A DNA stretch of 64,000 nt from Marsupella aquatica (taxonomy: Eukaryota > Plantae > Marchantiophyta), in contig OZ316898.1 in assembly GCA_973895155.1 (NCBI GenBank), positions 9,411,079-9,475,078 on the forward strand, in the 5' to 3' direction. Position numbers and translations under genes: made by a program. Below, one piece after another: positions 26,908 to 37,463 of this stretch (its first letter is position 1; each line of letters starts with the position of its first letter). The notes beneath the pieces were generated by a model. It had not been told where the DNA came from and did no database searches. It saw only the letters and a list, made by a program, of their open reading frames with translations.

Positions 26908-27696
26908 CTGTACAAGATGGTCGTTCAGTGCTGGAATTCCGCCGGAAATATCAATCATAGCAACACGGATCCCGATAACTAGGTTACCACCGGACGTCGG
27001 CTTGCGGAAGTCCATGTCAAATAACGACAAGACTATCTCCCTACGGAATTTCTCAATTTGATCCGCGGCAAAATTAATTTTGTTTCCTTGACACAAGCAC
27101 TTGGCGTATCTCAAGATAAACACACCACAACTGCGGCCGTCACTTTGGTGAGGAATATCATTCCGATATATCCGTTCCCAACCTGAGAGATCCAAGTTGA
27201 CACCAGTTCTCCAGCCAATTTCGTCGGCGTAGTACTTTCCAACAATATCTAGCACCACAGGATTTTGTCGATTATGAACTAGAGAATCTAGGTACTCCAG
27301 CCGTTTCTCCTTCGGATACACAACTACCAATGACCAATATTCTTTCATAGCATTGTGTATTGGACAGACCAGTTTATCGTATTGACTGATTTTTAGCAGA
27401 AACTCCTTTGTCCAAGCTGCTCTCTCCTCGTCGAAAATGGTAGGATCCATGGAGAGAAGCTCAAAATGGTGTGTTTGGAAGAATTTGACAAGGTCTGACT
27501 TTCCAACTCTATCGAGAATCAGTTCGAGAAAACTCAAATAAACGTTAATTATATCATCGATGAGCAACTCGCGCGGTCTCAGACACATCATATATTTCCT
27601 CTTGATCGAGTGTTGTAAGAACTTGGTCAATAGCTCTTCCATATCCTTAGAAGGATCAAGGCATTGATCTATTCGACTAGCCAAATTTTCAAAAAA
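26908..27696 (-). pseudogene. Ulp1/SENP-like (peptidase C48) SUMO protease domain
   Basis: DDIINVYL, PIHNAMKEYWSLVVV (catalytic His now Tyr; TAT probably from CAT), YLDSL and QSDGRSCGVF. Confidence 0.9.
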
Positions 27697-28709
27697 CTGC
27701 AAAAAATAGAGATTTCAGTACGCCTTCAAATAACGTACTGAGGTTGTAGCCTAAGGGTTCTACCTCAGAAAACAAAAACAATAACAAATCAATAATAAAA
27801 TAATGACGTCTATAATAGAAACTTTAAGCTTATAGCTTGCGAATGACCTTTGGATTGGGTGGATCCGGCCTTTTCGCAGCTGATCTCTTGGGTGCCTCAA
27901 TCGCAACATCCTTCAGCCCTCCTCGAGACCGTAGTGATCGCTCCACCGGACCAGTTTGCAAAGGTTGGAGCGATGAGGCGGGAAGACCTTCAAATGGTTG
28001 TGGCATTTGATTGAAATATTCCACAATCTGGGAATCCGATTCCAAAATATCCGGTGCCACAATTTCTGCGCGAGTGACCTCTGCAATATATCGGGGTCGA
28101 GACCATGAACCCGGTCGCGTCAAGTCAGCTGTTAGTCTCTTAACGACTTGAGCCGAGTCTGGTGCCAAAGACGTTCCCAGGTCTTGCACTCGATTCTCGA
28201 AAAAGCAGACATTATTGATGATTGTCTCCATTCTGGATGCAGTGGCAGTCTTCTCCACGGTAATCAAAAGACCCTTCCAATATTGCAAAGCAAGGATTGC
28301 CTGGACCCGGAGCTGCTCCGGTGAATATTTATTCCAATCATCCAACGAGACCGTACTTAAGGGTGGATCGTTAAATTCAAACTCCGGGCGAAGAAAATAG
28401 TCTAATATTTTCTTCTTAACTGCAACTGAGGGTGAAGGAGGCTTCTTCAAATTCAGCCTTATTTTTGGTAGACGTTGTGCCTCAAGAATAAGCGAAAGAT
28501 CCTTGGCCCTCTCGGCCTCCTTCCTCGTTGCCTCCAGTCTTGCGGCTTCTTCTCTCTCCAGTCTTGCGGAATCAACCTTTTCCGCCTCCAACTTCTCCGC
28601 CTCCACCATCTCCGGTCTTCCGGTCTCGTTTGCCATCCTCTCGGCCAGCAGCCTCTCAGCTGCCACACTCTCTGCCTTGGCCCTATTTGCCTCTGTCACT
28701 AAAAGGACT

Positions 28710-29245
28710 CTCGCAGCCTCCGCTTTCTCAGCCTGGGCTTTCTCAGCCTCCGCATTCTCAGCCTCCGCTTTCTCGGCCTCCGCTTTCTCAGCCTGGGCTT
28801 TCTCAGCCTGGGTTTTCTCCGCCTCCCCTTTCTCAGCCTGGGCTTTCTCAGCCTCCCCTTTCTCAGCCTGGGCTTTCTCGGCCTCCGCTTTCTTGGCCTC
28901 CGCTTTCTCAGCCTCCGCTTTCTTAGCCTGGGCTTTCTCAGCCTGGGCTTTCTACGCCTGGGCTTTCTCCGCCTAGGCTTTCTCCTTCTTCTTCGCGGCA
29001 GTTGCTTTTCTAGCTGCTGCCTTTTTCTTCTTAGCCTCCTTCTTTTGAAGCGCCTCTTGCCGGGCCGCCTCTTGTCGGGACGCCTCCTCCTGCCGGGCCG
29101 CCTCCTTCTTTTGAAGCTCCTCTTGCCGGGCCGCCTCCTGTCGGGCCTCCTCCAGCCGGGCCTCCTCCAGCCGGGCCTCCTCCTGCCGGGCCGCCTCCTG
29201 CCGGGCCTCCTCCAGCCGGGCCTCCTCCTGCCGGGCCGCCTCCTC
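28710..29245 (-). repeat. 15-bp coding tandem repeats encoding (EEAARQ)n- and (AEKAQ/E)n-type helical linker
   Basis: gcctgggctttctca / gcctccgctttctca and ccgggccgcctcctg repeats, in frame with ORFs 28973-29485 and 27830-28699. Confidence 0.85.
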
Positions 29246-30109
29246 TCGGTCCACCTCATGTCGAGGCTCCTGTGTGGCCTCTTCATCAGAGTCCTCAACA
29301 TCCTCAGAACCCTCCATCTCCTCGTCCTCTTCATCAGCGTCCTCAGCGTCCTTCATCTCCTCTCCGTCACTCTCTTCATCTCCTCTATTGTCGGAATCTC
29401 CGATGTCGTTCTGCGTATCGGTCATCCACTCTGGATCTTGGTCATTGACATCCCCATCTGCGTCACCTTCTGCATCACCTTCCATGTCACCTTCCCCCTC
29501 ACCATCCGAATCACCATTGCTCCCTGCATCCTCAACATTGAAGCCGCAGTCGACTTGATCTGAATAAAATCAAATCATTTGATAAGAATGACTCACGCGC
29601 ATATTCGCGTGAAAAGAAATGTTATGAATGTCCACGCGCTTGTTCGCGTGACGCAATAAAAAGTAAGAGGTTTCAAAAGTAACCTACCTTGGATTGGCCC
29701 ACTAGGGTACTCCGTTGGTCGAATGTACAATCAATCAGAATCTTCAGAGAGTGCATACTCTTGCAATAATTGATTACAAATATTATCAGGGATATGTTGT
29801 TCGTGGAGGACATCCAAAAGATCATCCCTGAGAGCAGTTATGGATGGACGGTACTTCATTAATTTATCTATACATTTTTCTATACTAGCCCGTACTGGGT
29901 CAATCAATGACAACGTTGTATCAATTGTCGCCGTGGTGTGTTGCAAGAAACAAGACAACTCCCTATGCGTTGCCACAGGGCAGTAATATTTTACATTGGA
30001 TCCAGCATCCTGTAAAAAAAGCCAAAATTAGTTCACAATATTAATTGAGAATATAATAATCTAAATAATCTTAAAATCGAAACCCCAAAATATAAATCTC
30101 AAAACTTAC

Positions 30110-31414
30110 CATTAAGCACTGGATCAAGTTCGTTCCCTCATCGAAGCATATAGCCCATTCCCCACATTGGACGAATTGACTAACAATACTTTCAAAGAAT
30201 GGAAGTATCTTTTATGGGGAAGGTGTCGTGAACTTGCCGCTCTCTTCAAAATTGGCTATCTTCTCAATCCGATATTTGGAGACCAATTGGAACTCGAGGG
30301 CTTGTGGATCGCCCATTGTGCTGAAGGCCAAGCTGTGAAAAGCGTAGGTTACAATAAGCTTCTTCTCCTTTGGCCGCTTCTGAATATAATGGCTATCGAC
30401 AGCAACGTAGTGTGTGTACTTCCCTAATTCCGGTTTGATTAAGTAAGACTCAACGGGAGAGGCTACAATAATAACCACATGGTGTGGTTTTGCCCCTATC
30501 TCGCTAGTAGCATGAAATAACCCCTCATAGAATGAGCAATTTGGCGGACGCAAATCTCCCATTGATGAGGGATCAAAATAAATCAAGCTCGCAAGGTTCT
30601 TGTCTTCACGTATGATACATTCTACAAACCCAGCATTTTTTATATCATGCAGGGATCGCAATTTCAGCCTCTCACCGACCGACCGCACTAGTTGGTTTCC
30701 TTGACTATCAACTGATTTATGTATTCCTTCCACCAACCTATAGAATATTGGGTCGATCTCTTTCAACAAATTATCATTACTAATATTTACAATTAAGCAC
30801 TTCTTCAGATAACCACTCAACGCATCTCTCAACTGCTTCAGCACCATCTTGTCGAGCTTAAAGCGATCAATCATTCCTTTGACCCGCAATTTCCGCGTTG
30901 AATCTGTCAGACTTTTCAGCTCCGTCCGGGTGGATGTATCCCCGTTGAGTTTACTCAATAATAAAATCTCAAACTCAACTTTCGTCTTCTTCTTTATACA
31001 GAATTGCTCCAAACTCATGCTGGTCGTTGACAACACTGGAGCCTCAGAGGACTTCCTCGCCTTCCCAGATTTCACTTTGATGCTTTGGTTTTTGAGTATA
31101 GACAGTCTTCCGCTCAACATATATTCCGCTGCCTTTTGAAGAACCGAGTCTGAGCACCCTTGACAAGAACGGAACGTCTTCTTCAGAAGATGATAAGCAC
31201 ATGGATTATCCGCAATTTTGACGGTGTCCCTCTGTAAAATTCCGTTGTAAATTACAAGCTCTCCTGTCCTTGATAGTTCGTAGACCTCCATCCACTTCTT
31301 GAATGTTTCATCCTCCATTGTAAAGAGAAATGGAGCCAATTCTCCAAATTTCATCATTTCGTTCTTCCCCATTTGAGCCCATGGGCAAACAAAACTCGTA
31401 GCTCTCATAAATAC
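30110..31414 (-). pseudogene. Exon 2 with degenerate beta-class N6A/N4C methyltransferase-like domain
   Basis: ASLIYFDPSS sits where DPPY is expected. P*KILPFFESIVSQFVQCGEWAICFDEGT resembles QKP..L....I......GD.VLDPF.GSG, in beta-class order. Confidence 0.45.
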
Positions 31415-31513
31415 CTGAAAAACAATGGAAACATGACAATTCTAAGCTTGACGCGACCGTTCGCGTGACAAAAGTTTAAACGATAATGTGATCGAAGAGG
31501 GTTATTTATATAC

Positions 31514-32752
31514 CTTCCAATTTGGATGACGATAATGTGATCCAGGCCGCCCAAATGAGTTCCAGATATGACGACACTGTCGTACAATGGTGAGAAATTG
31601 TCCTTCTTCCATTGATGTTTGATGATAGTGGTTCAGAGCTTTCGATAATCCCATCAAATGAACATTATTGTCGTTGTTGAGCGTTGCCCAAAACATTACA
31701 CCTTCTACAGTACCGCAAGCGTCTCGTACAACTTGGCTGACTTTGTCATCCTCTTTCAGCAATTTGTACGCCATTATTGTGTGCTAGCCTCCGAGTATCC
31801 AAAAATGATTGGTCATAATGTCCTCCTCCTTTGGCGCCGAATCGTAGGGCGCCCCATTGTAGTCAGGATCTCTGTCGGCCTCCGACTGAACCCACTTCAC
31901 AAGGACTAAAAAGCAGCATCGCTTTTTGAACTTTATAGCCGAATGAGAGAGGAGTGAATTCTTTAGCCTATCTGTGTAATCCTGATTCCACTCTCGGCAC
32001 TTGATGTGGTCCGGTGCAAGATGACAACGTGATGTCTCAACAAAAAATGACTTGCTGTTAAATATATTCACAGCACTATATTCTTTGAGGAAAGAATCGA
32101 ACAGAGCCCCGACATTTGCTGAGGTAATTACTTTCAGAAGATTCTCCACCGAGTATACTTCAACCTTGCTCACTGGCGGGGCCTTTCCCAAGCGAAATCA
32201 CTGGTTGAAAGGAACTCTCTGGAACTCAAGTACGTCAATAATGTATTGACAAATCAAATCTCCCGTTGATCCCTCTGGATCGGAAGGATATCCCACACTA
32301 GTAACCTTTTCCAAGGCGTGCCTTGCACCTAGAAGATCATCGATTCTGGGCTGATTGAAGGTTACATATTGCGTTCGATCCAAACAAATGCTTATTTTGT
32401 CATCCTACTGGTCGTCGCTGACTAACAGAACCAATCCCTCTGTACACTCTTTAACTTTCATGTTCTTCTCAAAGAAACACCCAAGAATTTGTGATCTCTC
32501 CAAAACTGTAGCTTTATCATTTTTTGCCACCACAAGACGGACAGCCCCATTGCGAACGACTATTCCAAAATCGGATATCTCAGTCGATTCAAAGAGATGG
32601 ATACTCTTTGTCTCCGTTGTTCTCTCTCTGATTGACTTTCCTCGATATGCAAGTATGGATGTCTCCGTGGGAGTCATTTTTGTCTTGGCTTTCTTACGAG
32701 AAGCAGCTTTGGATGAGTCTCTTTTCCGCTTTGAAGTTCCGGTAGGATCCAT
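31514..32752 (-). pseudogene. Exon 1 with ParB/Srx-like domain
   Basis: Four in-frame ORF pieces. CREWNQDYTDRLKNSLL...FWILGG*HTIMA restores to GGQHT, resembling the ParB G-x-H-R/T motif; followed by ALNHYH. Confidence 0.6.
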
Positions 32753-32863
32753 TCTGAAACAGACAAATATTGAAAGTTAAACGTTTATTATAAAATACTA
32801 ACATGCGCATGGTCGCGTCGTGCCGAATTACATTTTAGGAATGTTTATCCTGACCCAATCTTC

Positions 32864-33358
32864 TCACTCATCTTCATCTAACCAAAACCAAAGGTTCCTA
32901 AACGTCTCAAGTTCAGATCCTTCAAATCCACCCAGAATGTCCAGCGGCGAGAGAGTTTTGATGGATTCTGTAAATCTTAATGCTACACTCCATGAAGTCA
33001 AATGCCTTCGAAGCAATTCATATCCTGGTCTATCAGTGAAGTCGTAAGCTACCAAGGTGACCATCGCCCAAGTACTACTATAAGTAACTATGTGGCACCA
33101 CTTCTTCCTGACTGTTTGAATGGCGATCAAGTCCATGTCCCAATTTTTAATCGCAGTATCCGACAAATTTCCAAGACAGTGGAAAAACTCTTTGACTAAT
33201 GGCCAAATATATTTCTCGACAATATCGTCCGGAAGACCGGGTATCAGGTCTTCAACTTGACTCCATATCATGTTTTGGTTGATAACCTTTGCACGTGCAA
33301 TGCGCTCCATCATCATTTGACGATGAGATTTTCGATTCATGTCAAAGGACTGCAGCAT
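32864..33358 (-). CDS. F-box-like protein 1
   Basis: LIPGLPDDIVEKYIWP...TVRKKWCHIV, resembling the plant F-box motif. Confidence 0.65.
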   Translation of the reverse strand: MLQSFDMNRKSHRQMMMERIARAKVINQNMIWSQVEDLIPGLPDDIVEKYIWPLVKEFFHCLGNLSDTAIKNWDMDLIAIQTVRKKWCHIVTYSSTWAMVTLVAYDFTDRPGYELLRRHLTSWSVALRFTESIKTLSPLDILGGFEGSELETFRNLWFWLDEDE

Positions 33359-33754
33359 AATATGGAAAAGATTAAGAACAAGAACCTATCCATTAAGAAT
33401 TGGGACCACCTAGATTCTGAGAAAATCTACCAAACCTTTCGATTAGAACATCTCGTTCTTCCTCAACTAAATTGTTATATTTGTTCGTAATCAATGCGAT
33501 TTTGTCAGAAGTAGTAGTCCCAAGAACAGATATTTCTGGAAGCATAGAAATATCCTGTCGACTCAGGGGTCTCACTATATGGGGACCTACCCATCACCTG
33601 CGACGTTTTTAGGCCTCGGACCCCCTAAAATGTAAGAAAAAATTATTATTTTTTAACCCCTATAAAGTTGGAATATTCTTGGAATATTCCAAAAAATGGA
33701 CTAAAAAGGCCCTAATGTTCTTATAAGTCTCAAAATTGAATTTAAAAGACCCTA

Positions 33755-34264
33755 TTATTCTTCTACAAAAATTCTTAAGTCTTCCCTTACAACCAATAAA
33801 ATGACCCTATCCTTCGTCGCACGTGATATGCCATTTTTGTGGAAGTGAAACCCCCGAGCCTGTCGAATAACTCGACAGACTGAGTCAAATTCCAACTCGC
33901 CAATTTCGGGTATGTCGTAAAGAGCTTCATTTGCGACATCGACAATCCAGTTTGCTTGTTTGAGGATAGCCCATAACCTTGTATTTGTAACTAAAAAGTT
34001 CCACTTCTTGCTACAAGCTCCAAGCCGAATAAGGTCTCGGACCCTATCGATAACCAAATCGTTATCGAGGTATCGATATCCACGCAATCTTTCAATTGAA
34101 ATAAAGTGTTCGTAGAGTATTGGCCAAATGTTTGAAATGACCAAAACATCTGGTATTCCTCCAATGAGACTAGAGGAGGTTTCATCCAGCGTATCCCATA
34201 TTGTTTTCTGTTTCCTTTCATGAGATGAAAGGAAATCTTGAGCCTCATTCAAACGTTGGCTCAT
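33755..34264 (-). CDS. F-box-like protein 2
   Basis: LIGGIPDVLVISNIWP...ACSKKWNFLV. Confidence 0.6.
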   Translation of the reverse strand: MSQRLNEAQDFLSSHERKQKTIWDTLDETSSSLIGGIPDVLVISNIWPILYEHFISIERLRGYRYLDNDLVIDRVRDLIRLGACSKKWNFLVTNTRLWAILKQANWIVDVANEALYDIPEIGELEFDSVCRVIRQARGFHFHKNGISRATKDRVILLVVREDLRIFVEE

Positions 34265-34329
34265 CCTGCTTTTATCATATCACAAAACATTGTTAGAAGA
34301 CATACGACGCGCTTGGTCACGTAAGTTAA

Positions 34330-34911
34330 CTAGAATTCCTTAAAAGCGTAGATGTCAGCCTCAAGGTATCCAACTTCGTGGCATCTGACTATAAATTTCC
34401 ATTTTTCAAGAGGGTGAAGAGCATCGTAAGTCTTCGTCAAGAGTTCCCTAAGATCTCTGGACATTGACCCCATGAATTTAATTCTTGGGTATTTCTGGAA
34501 GAAACTTTGAACTGTCGATGAGAGAGACTCATTTCCGATCGGTTTAGTAGGATTTCGTGGGAAAGCCAAATCTAATAAACTCAACTTGATTACACCCAGA
34601 AGATAGGTATTCCCAACAAGGTGGCGCCATCTGCGACACACCGAAGATAGTCCTACAAACTCATCCAATTCCTTTATTGAGAAATTTCCTGCATTAGCCA
34701 AGGAATTAAAAGTCTCCTTGATCCGAGGCCATATCAATTCTGCGACAATGAAATCTGGAAGTCCAGGTAGTAGTGTTTCAACAAATACAGAATATCCCGC
34801 CAGTAGACCATCTTGGCTTCTGTCCAAAACGTCAAATATTGGGCATAGATATCTGAAGCTCTCCAGACCAAGTTCGCCCATGACTCTTTTCAGCCAAATG
34901 ATATATCCCAA
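34330..34911 (-). CDS. F-box-like protein 3
   Basis: LLPGLPDFIVAELIWP...SVCRRWRHLV; start codon uncertain. Confidence 0.65.
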   Translation of the reverse strand: MGYIIWLKRVMGELGLESFRYLCPIFDVLDRSQDGLLAGYSVFVETLLPGLPDFIVAELIWPRIKETFNSLANAGNFSIKELDEFVGLSSVCRRWRHLVGNTYLLGVIKLSLLDLAFPRNPTKPIGNESLSSTVQSFFQKYPRIKFMGSMSRDLRELLTKTYDALHPLEKWKFIVRCHEVGYLEADIYAFKEF

Positions 34912-35021
34912 AGATTATTTTCACGCGACTGGTCGTGTCTACAAATCAGAATGTATAAACAATTCTTTGAGAGACTGTTTTTTTTGGGTCACAACATGAC
35001 AAATCATAAATGTTGCTTCGC

Positions 35022-37463
35022 CCTCTAACAGAACCAGTCAATGAGAGAGCTACCTTAGACGCGACTGGTCGCGTCAACTGATCCTAAAAGGAACCTTACC
35101 TCCTCTAACAGAATCAGTCAATGAGAGCTACCTTAGACGCGACTGGTCGCGTGAACTGGTCCTAAATGAAACCTTCCTTCCTCTAACAGAACCAGTCAAT
35201 GAGAGATCTACCTCAGACGCGACTAGTCGCGTCAACGGCTCCTAAAGGAACCTTACCTCCTCTAACAGAACCAGTCAATGAGAGAGCTACCTCAGACGCG
35301 ACTGGTCGCGTCAACTAAACCTAAACAACTATATCCACTGAACCTTCTTTGTGGATATTTGGATATGGTACGCGCTCAGTAAATCTATCCAGTTTCCTTC
35401 TCACACGCGATTGGTCGCGTCAACTGGTCCTAAAAGGAACCTTACCTCCTCTAACAGAACCAGTCAATGAGAGATCTACCTCAGACACGACTGGTCGCGT
35501 CAACTGGTCCTAAAAGGAACCTTACCTCCTCTAACAGAACCAGTCAATGAGAGAACTACCTCAGATGCGACTGGTCGCGTCAATTGAACCTAAACAACTA
35601 TATCCACTGAACCTTCCTTGTGGATATTTGGATATGGTACGCGCTCAGTAAATCTATCCAGTTTCCTTCTCACACGCGACTGGTCGCGTCAACTGGTCCT
35701 AAAAGGAACCTTACCTCCTCTAACAGAACCAGTCAATGAGAGAGCTACCTCAGATGCGACTGGTTGCGTCAACTGAACCTAAACAACTATATCCACTGAA
35801 CCTTCCTTGTGGAGATTTGGATATGGTACGCGCTCAGTAAATCTATCCAGTTTTCTTCTCACACGCGACTGGTCGCGTCAACTAGTCCTAAAAGGAACCT
35901 TACCTCCTCTAACAGAACCAGTCAATGAGAGATCTACCTCAGACGCGACTAGTCGCGTCAGCTGCTCCTAAAAGGAACCTTACCTCCTCTAACAGAACCA
36001 GTCAATGAGAGAGCTACCTCAGACGCGACTGGTCGCGTCAACTGAACCTAAACAACTATATCCACTGAACCTTCCTTGTGGAGATTTGGATACCCTGGGC
36101 CCTCACTCTTACTATATTAAGTGAACCCCCCTGAGAACAGACACCCCCCGTGTACCCCTTCTTAATATTTTTGTTCACAAAAACAAATCCCTTGTTAATG
36201 TAAAAACATTATTTTTTCCTATAAAAATTTATCCTTTTGTAAATTATAACAGAGTTTTTCAAGGAATTAAAAAAACCCTTGAATTTTTAAAAATTGTAAA
36301 TATCATACTGAAACATAAAAGATTCTATTTTGCAGAGGGGAATATTATGTTACGCTGATGTTCACGGTACATATTTTATATAGATCATAACAAAATTAGT
36401 ACTAAAGATTTATAGTTCTTCCTAGAGTATATGACTATAACTCAGGCAACTTGTAGACCTCATAGAGATAAATTGAACTAGTACAAAGGCATTATTATGC
36501 TATGCTATATCCTTGGAGGAATAATTGCATATATACTACTTATGTAAACTCCAATTGCTAAATTATTCTATCTTGACTAAGAATGGTATGACATCAACCA
36601 TTAACACCAAATGATAAGTAGAGTTTTTGGCAACTTCTTTCATGCAACCTGACACATCAAACCACACATTAATCATATATAGTCTAGACACAAAGTAATA
36701 ATAATACAAAAAATGACTACTGAAAATTGTGGAGAGTAATACCATCAAATCTCCTTTGGCTGAAATTGTTACTTAGACATGGTGGGTAATTTTCCTGCCA
36801 TCTCTACAATCAAACAACTGTGAGCACCGGGTACCCCCCCCAACCCAATGATCAAGGCTCGGATCAAGGGAGTACACCACCCCACACACAAACACACCTG
36901 GCCTCATACCTGGCCATTTGATTTGAGGGAATTCAAAAGTAATCTTGTTTGTCTATGTGGGATTGATTCATGGGTCCCCATCAATCCCAGAACCCCAAAG
37001 GAGTTGGGCCCCAAAATCCTGGCCCAACATTTACTTAACTCCCAACTTAACACATGCGGGTAAACAAGTCTACCATGCAAGCCCATGAAACCAAACTTGC
37101 CTTAAGAGGATAAATAATTAAATGTCTGATTTACTATATGGACATGTGTGCCAATGAAGTGATGACATGTGTGCCAACCATATAGTGACACGTGCCCTTG
37201 GCATTTTAGGTACCCTTGCATAAGATTAATGTGACATGTATTTGATAAGAGCCTTATTACTAATATTGTGATGAATGTATATACATGGATGTTGCCTACT
37301 TTAAAAAATATTATAAAAATTAGTTTGCATTACATTAAAAATACCCTTGCATTGTTCGCACGTCCTCCCTGCATTAGTAACGCTGAGGGCCCAGGGATTG
37401 GATATGGTACACGCTCAGTAAATCTATCCAGTTTCCTTCTCACACGCGACTGGTCGCGTCAAC
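35022..37463. repeat. Compound tandem array (~80-bp and ~110-bp units), each unit with ACGCGACTGGTCGCGT; interrupted by a 1.3-kb insertion
   Basis: Repeated ctctaacagaaccagtcaatgagag..ctacctcagacgcgactggtcgcgtcaact; the array resumes at 37397. Confidence 0.92.
36093..37396. mobile_element. Non-autonomous TIR element (1304 bp) with 8-bp TSD
   Basis: TIRs ccctgggccctcactcttacta / tagtaacgctgagggcccaggg; TSD tttggata / attggata; splits an array unit. Confidence 0.85.

Larger units (their letters stand above)
23927..32752 (-). pseudogene. Reconstructed 8-exon gene of ~2,560 codons: ParB-like / amino-MTase-like / acidic + coiled-coil repeats / Ulp1 protease / 3x FCP1-like domains
   Basis: Exons 32752-31514, 31414-30110, 30009-29688, 29559-27848, 27696-26908, 26821-25562 (less the MITE and one TSD copy), 25426-24748 and 24655-23927. 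All joins are GT-AG and phase-compatible; total 7677 nt. About 9 premature stops and no frameshift. The donors at 27847 and 24747 are weak. Confidence 0.7.

Noticed and set aside
28475-29563. Ala/Ser-rich, Pro-rich and Arg/Lys-rich ORFs (e.g. 28503-28976 +, 28699-29334 -)
   Set aside because: Alternative-frame or antisense shadows of the 15-bp coding repeats in the giant gene.
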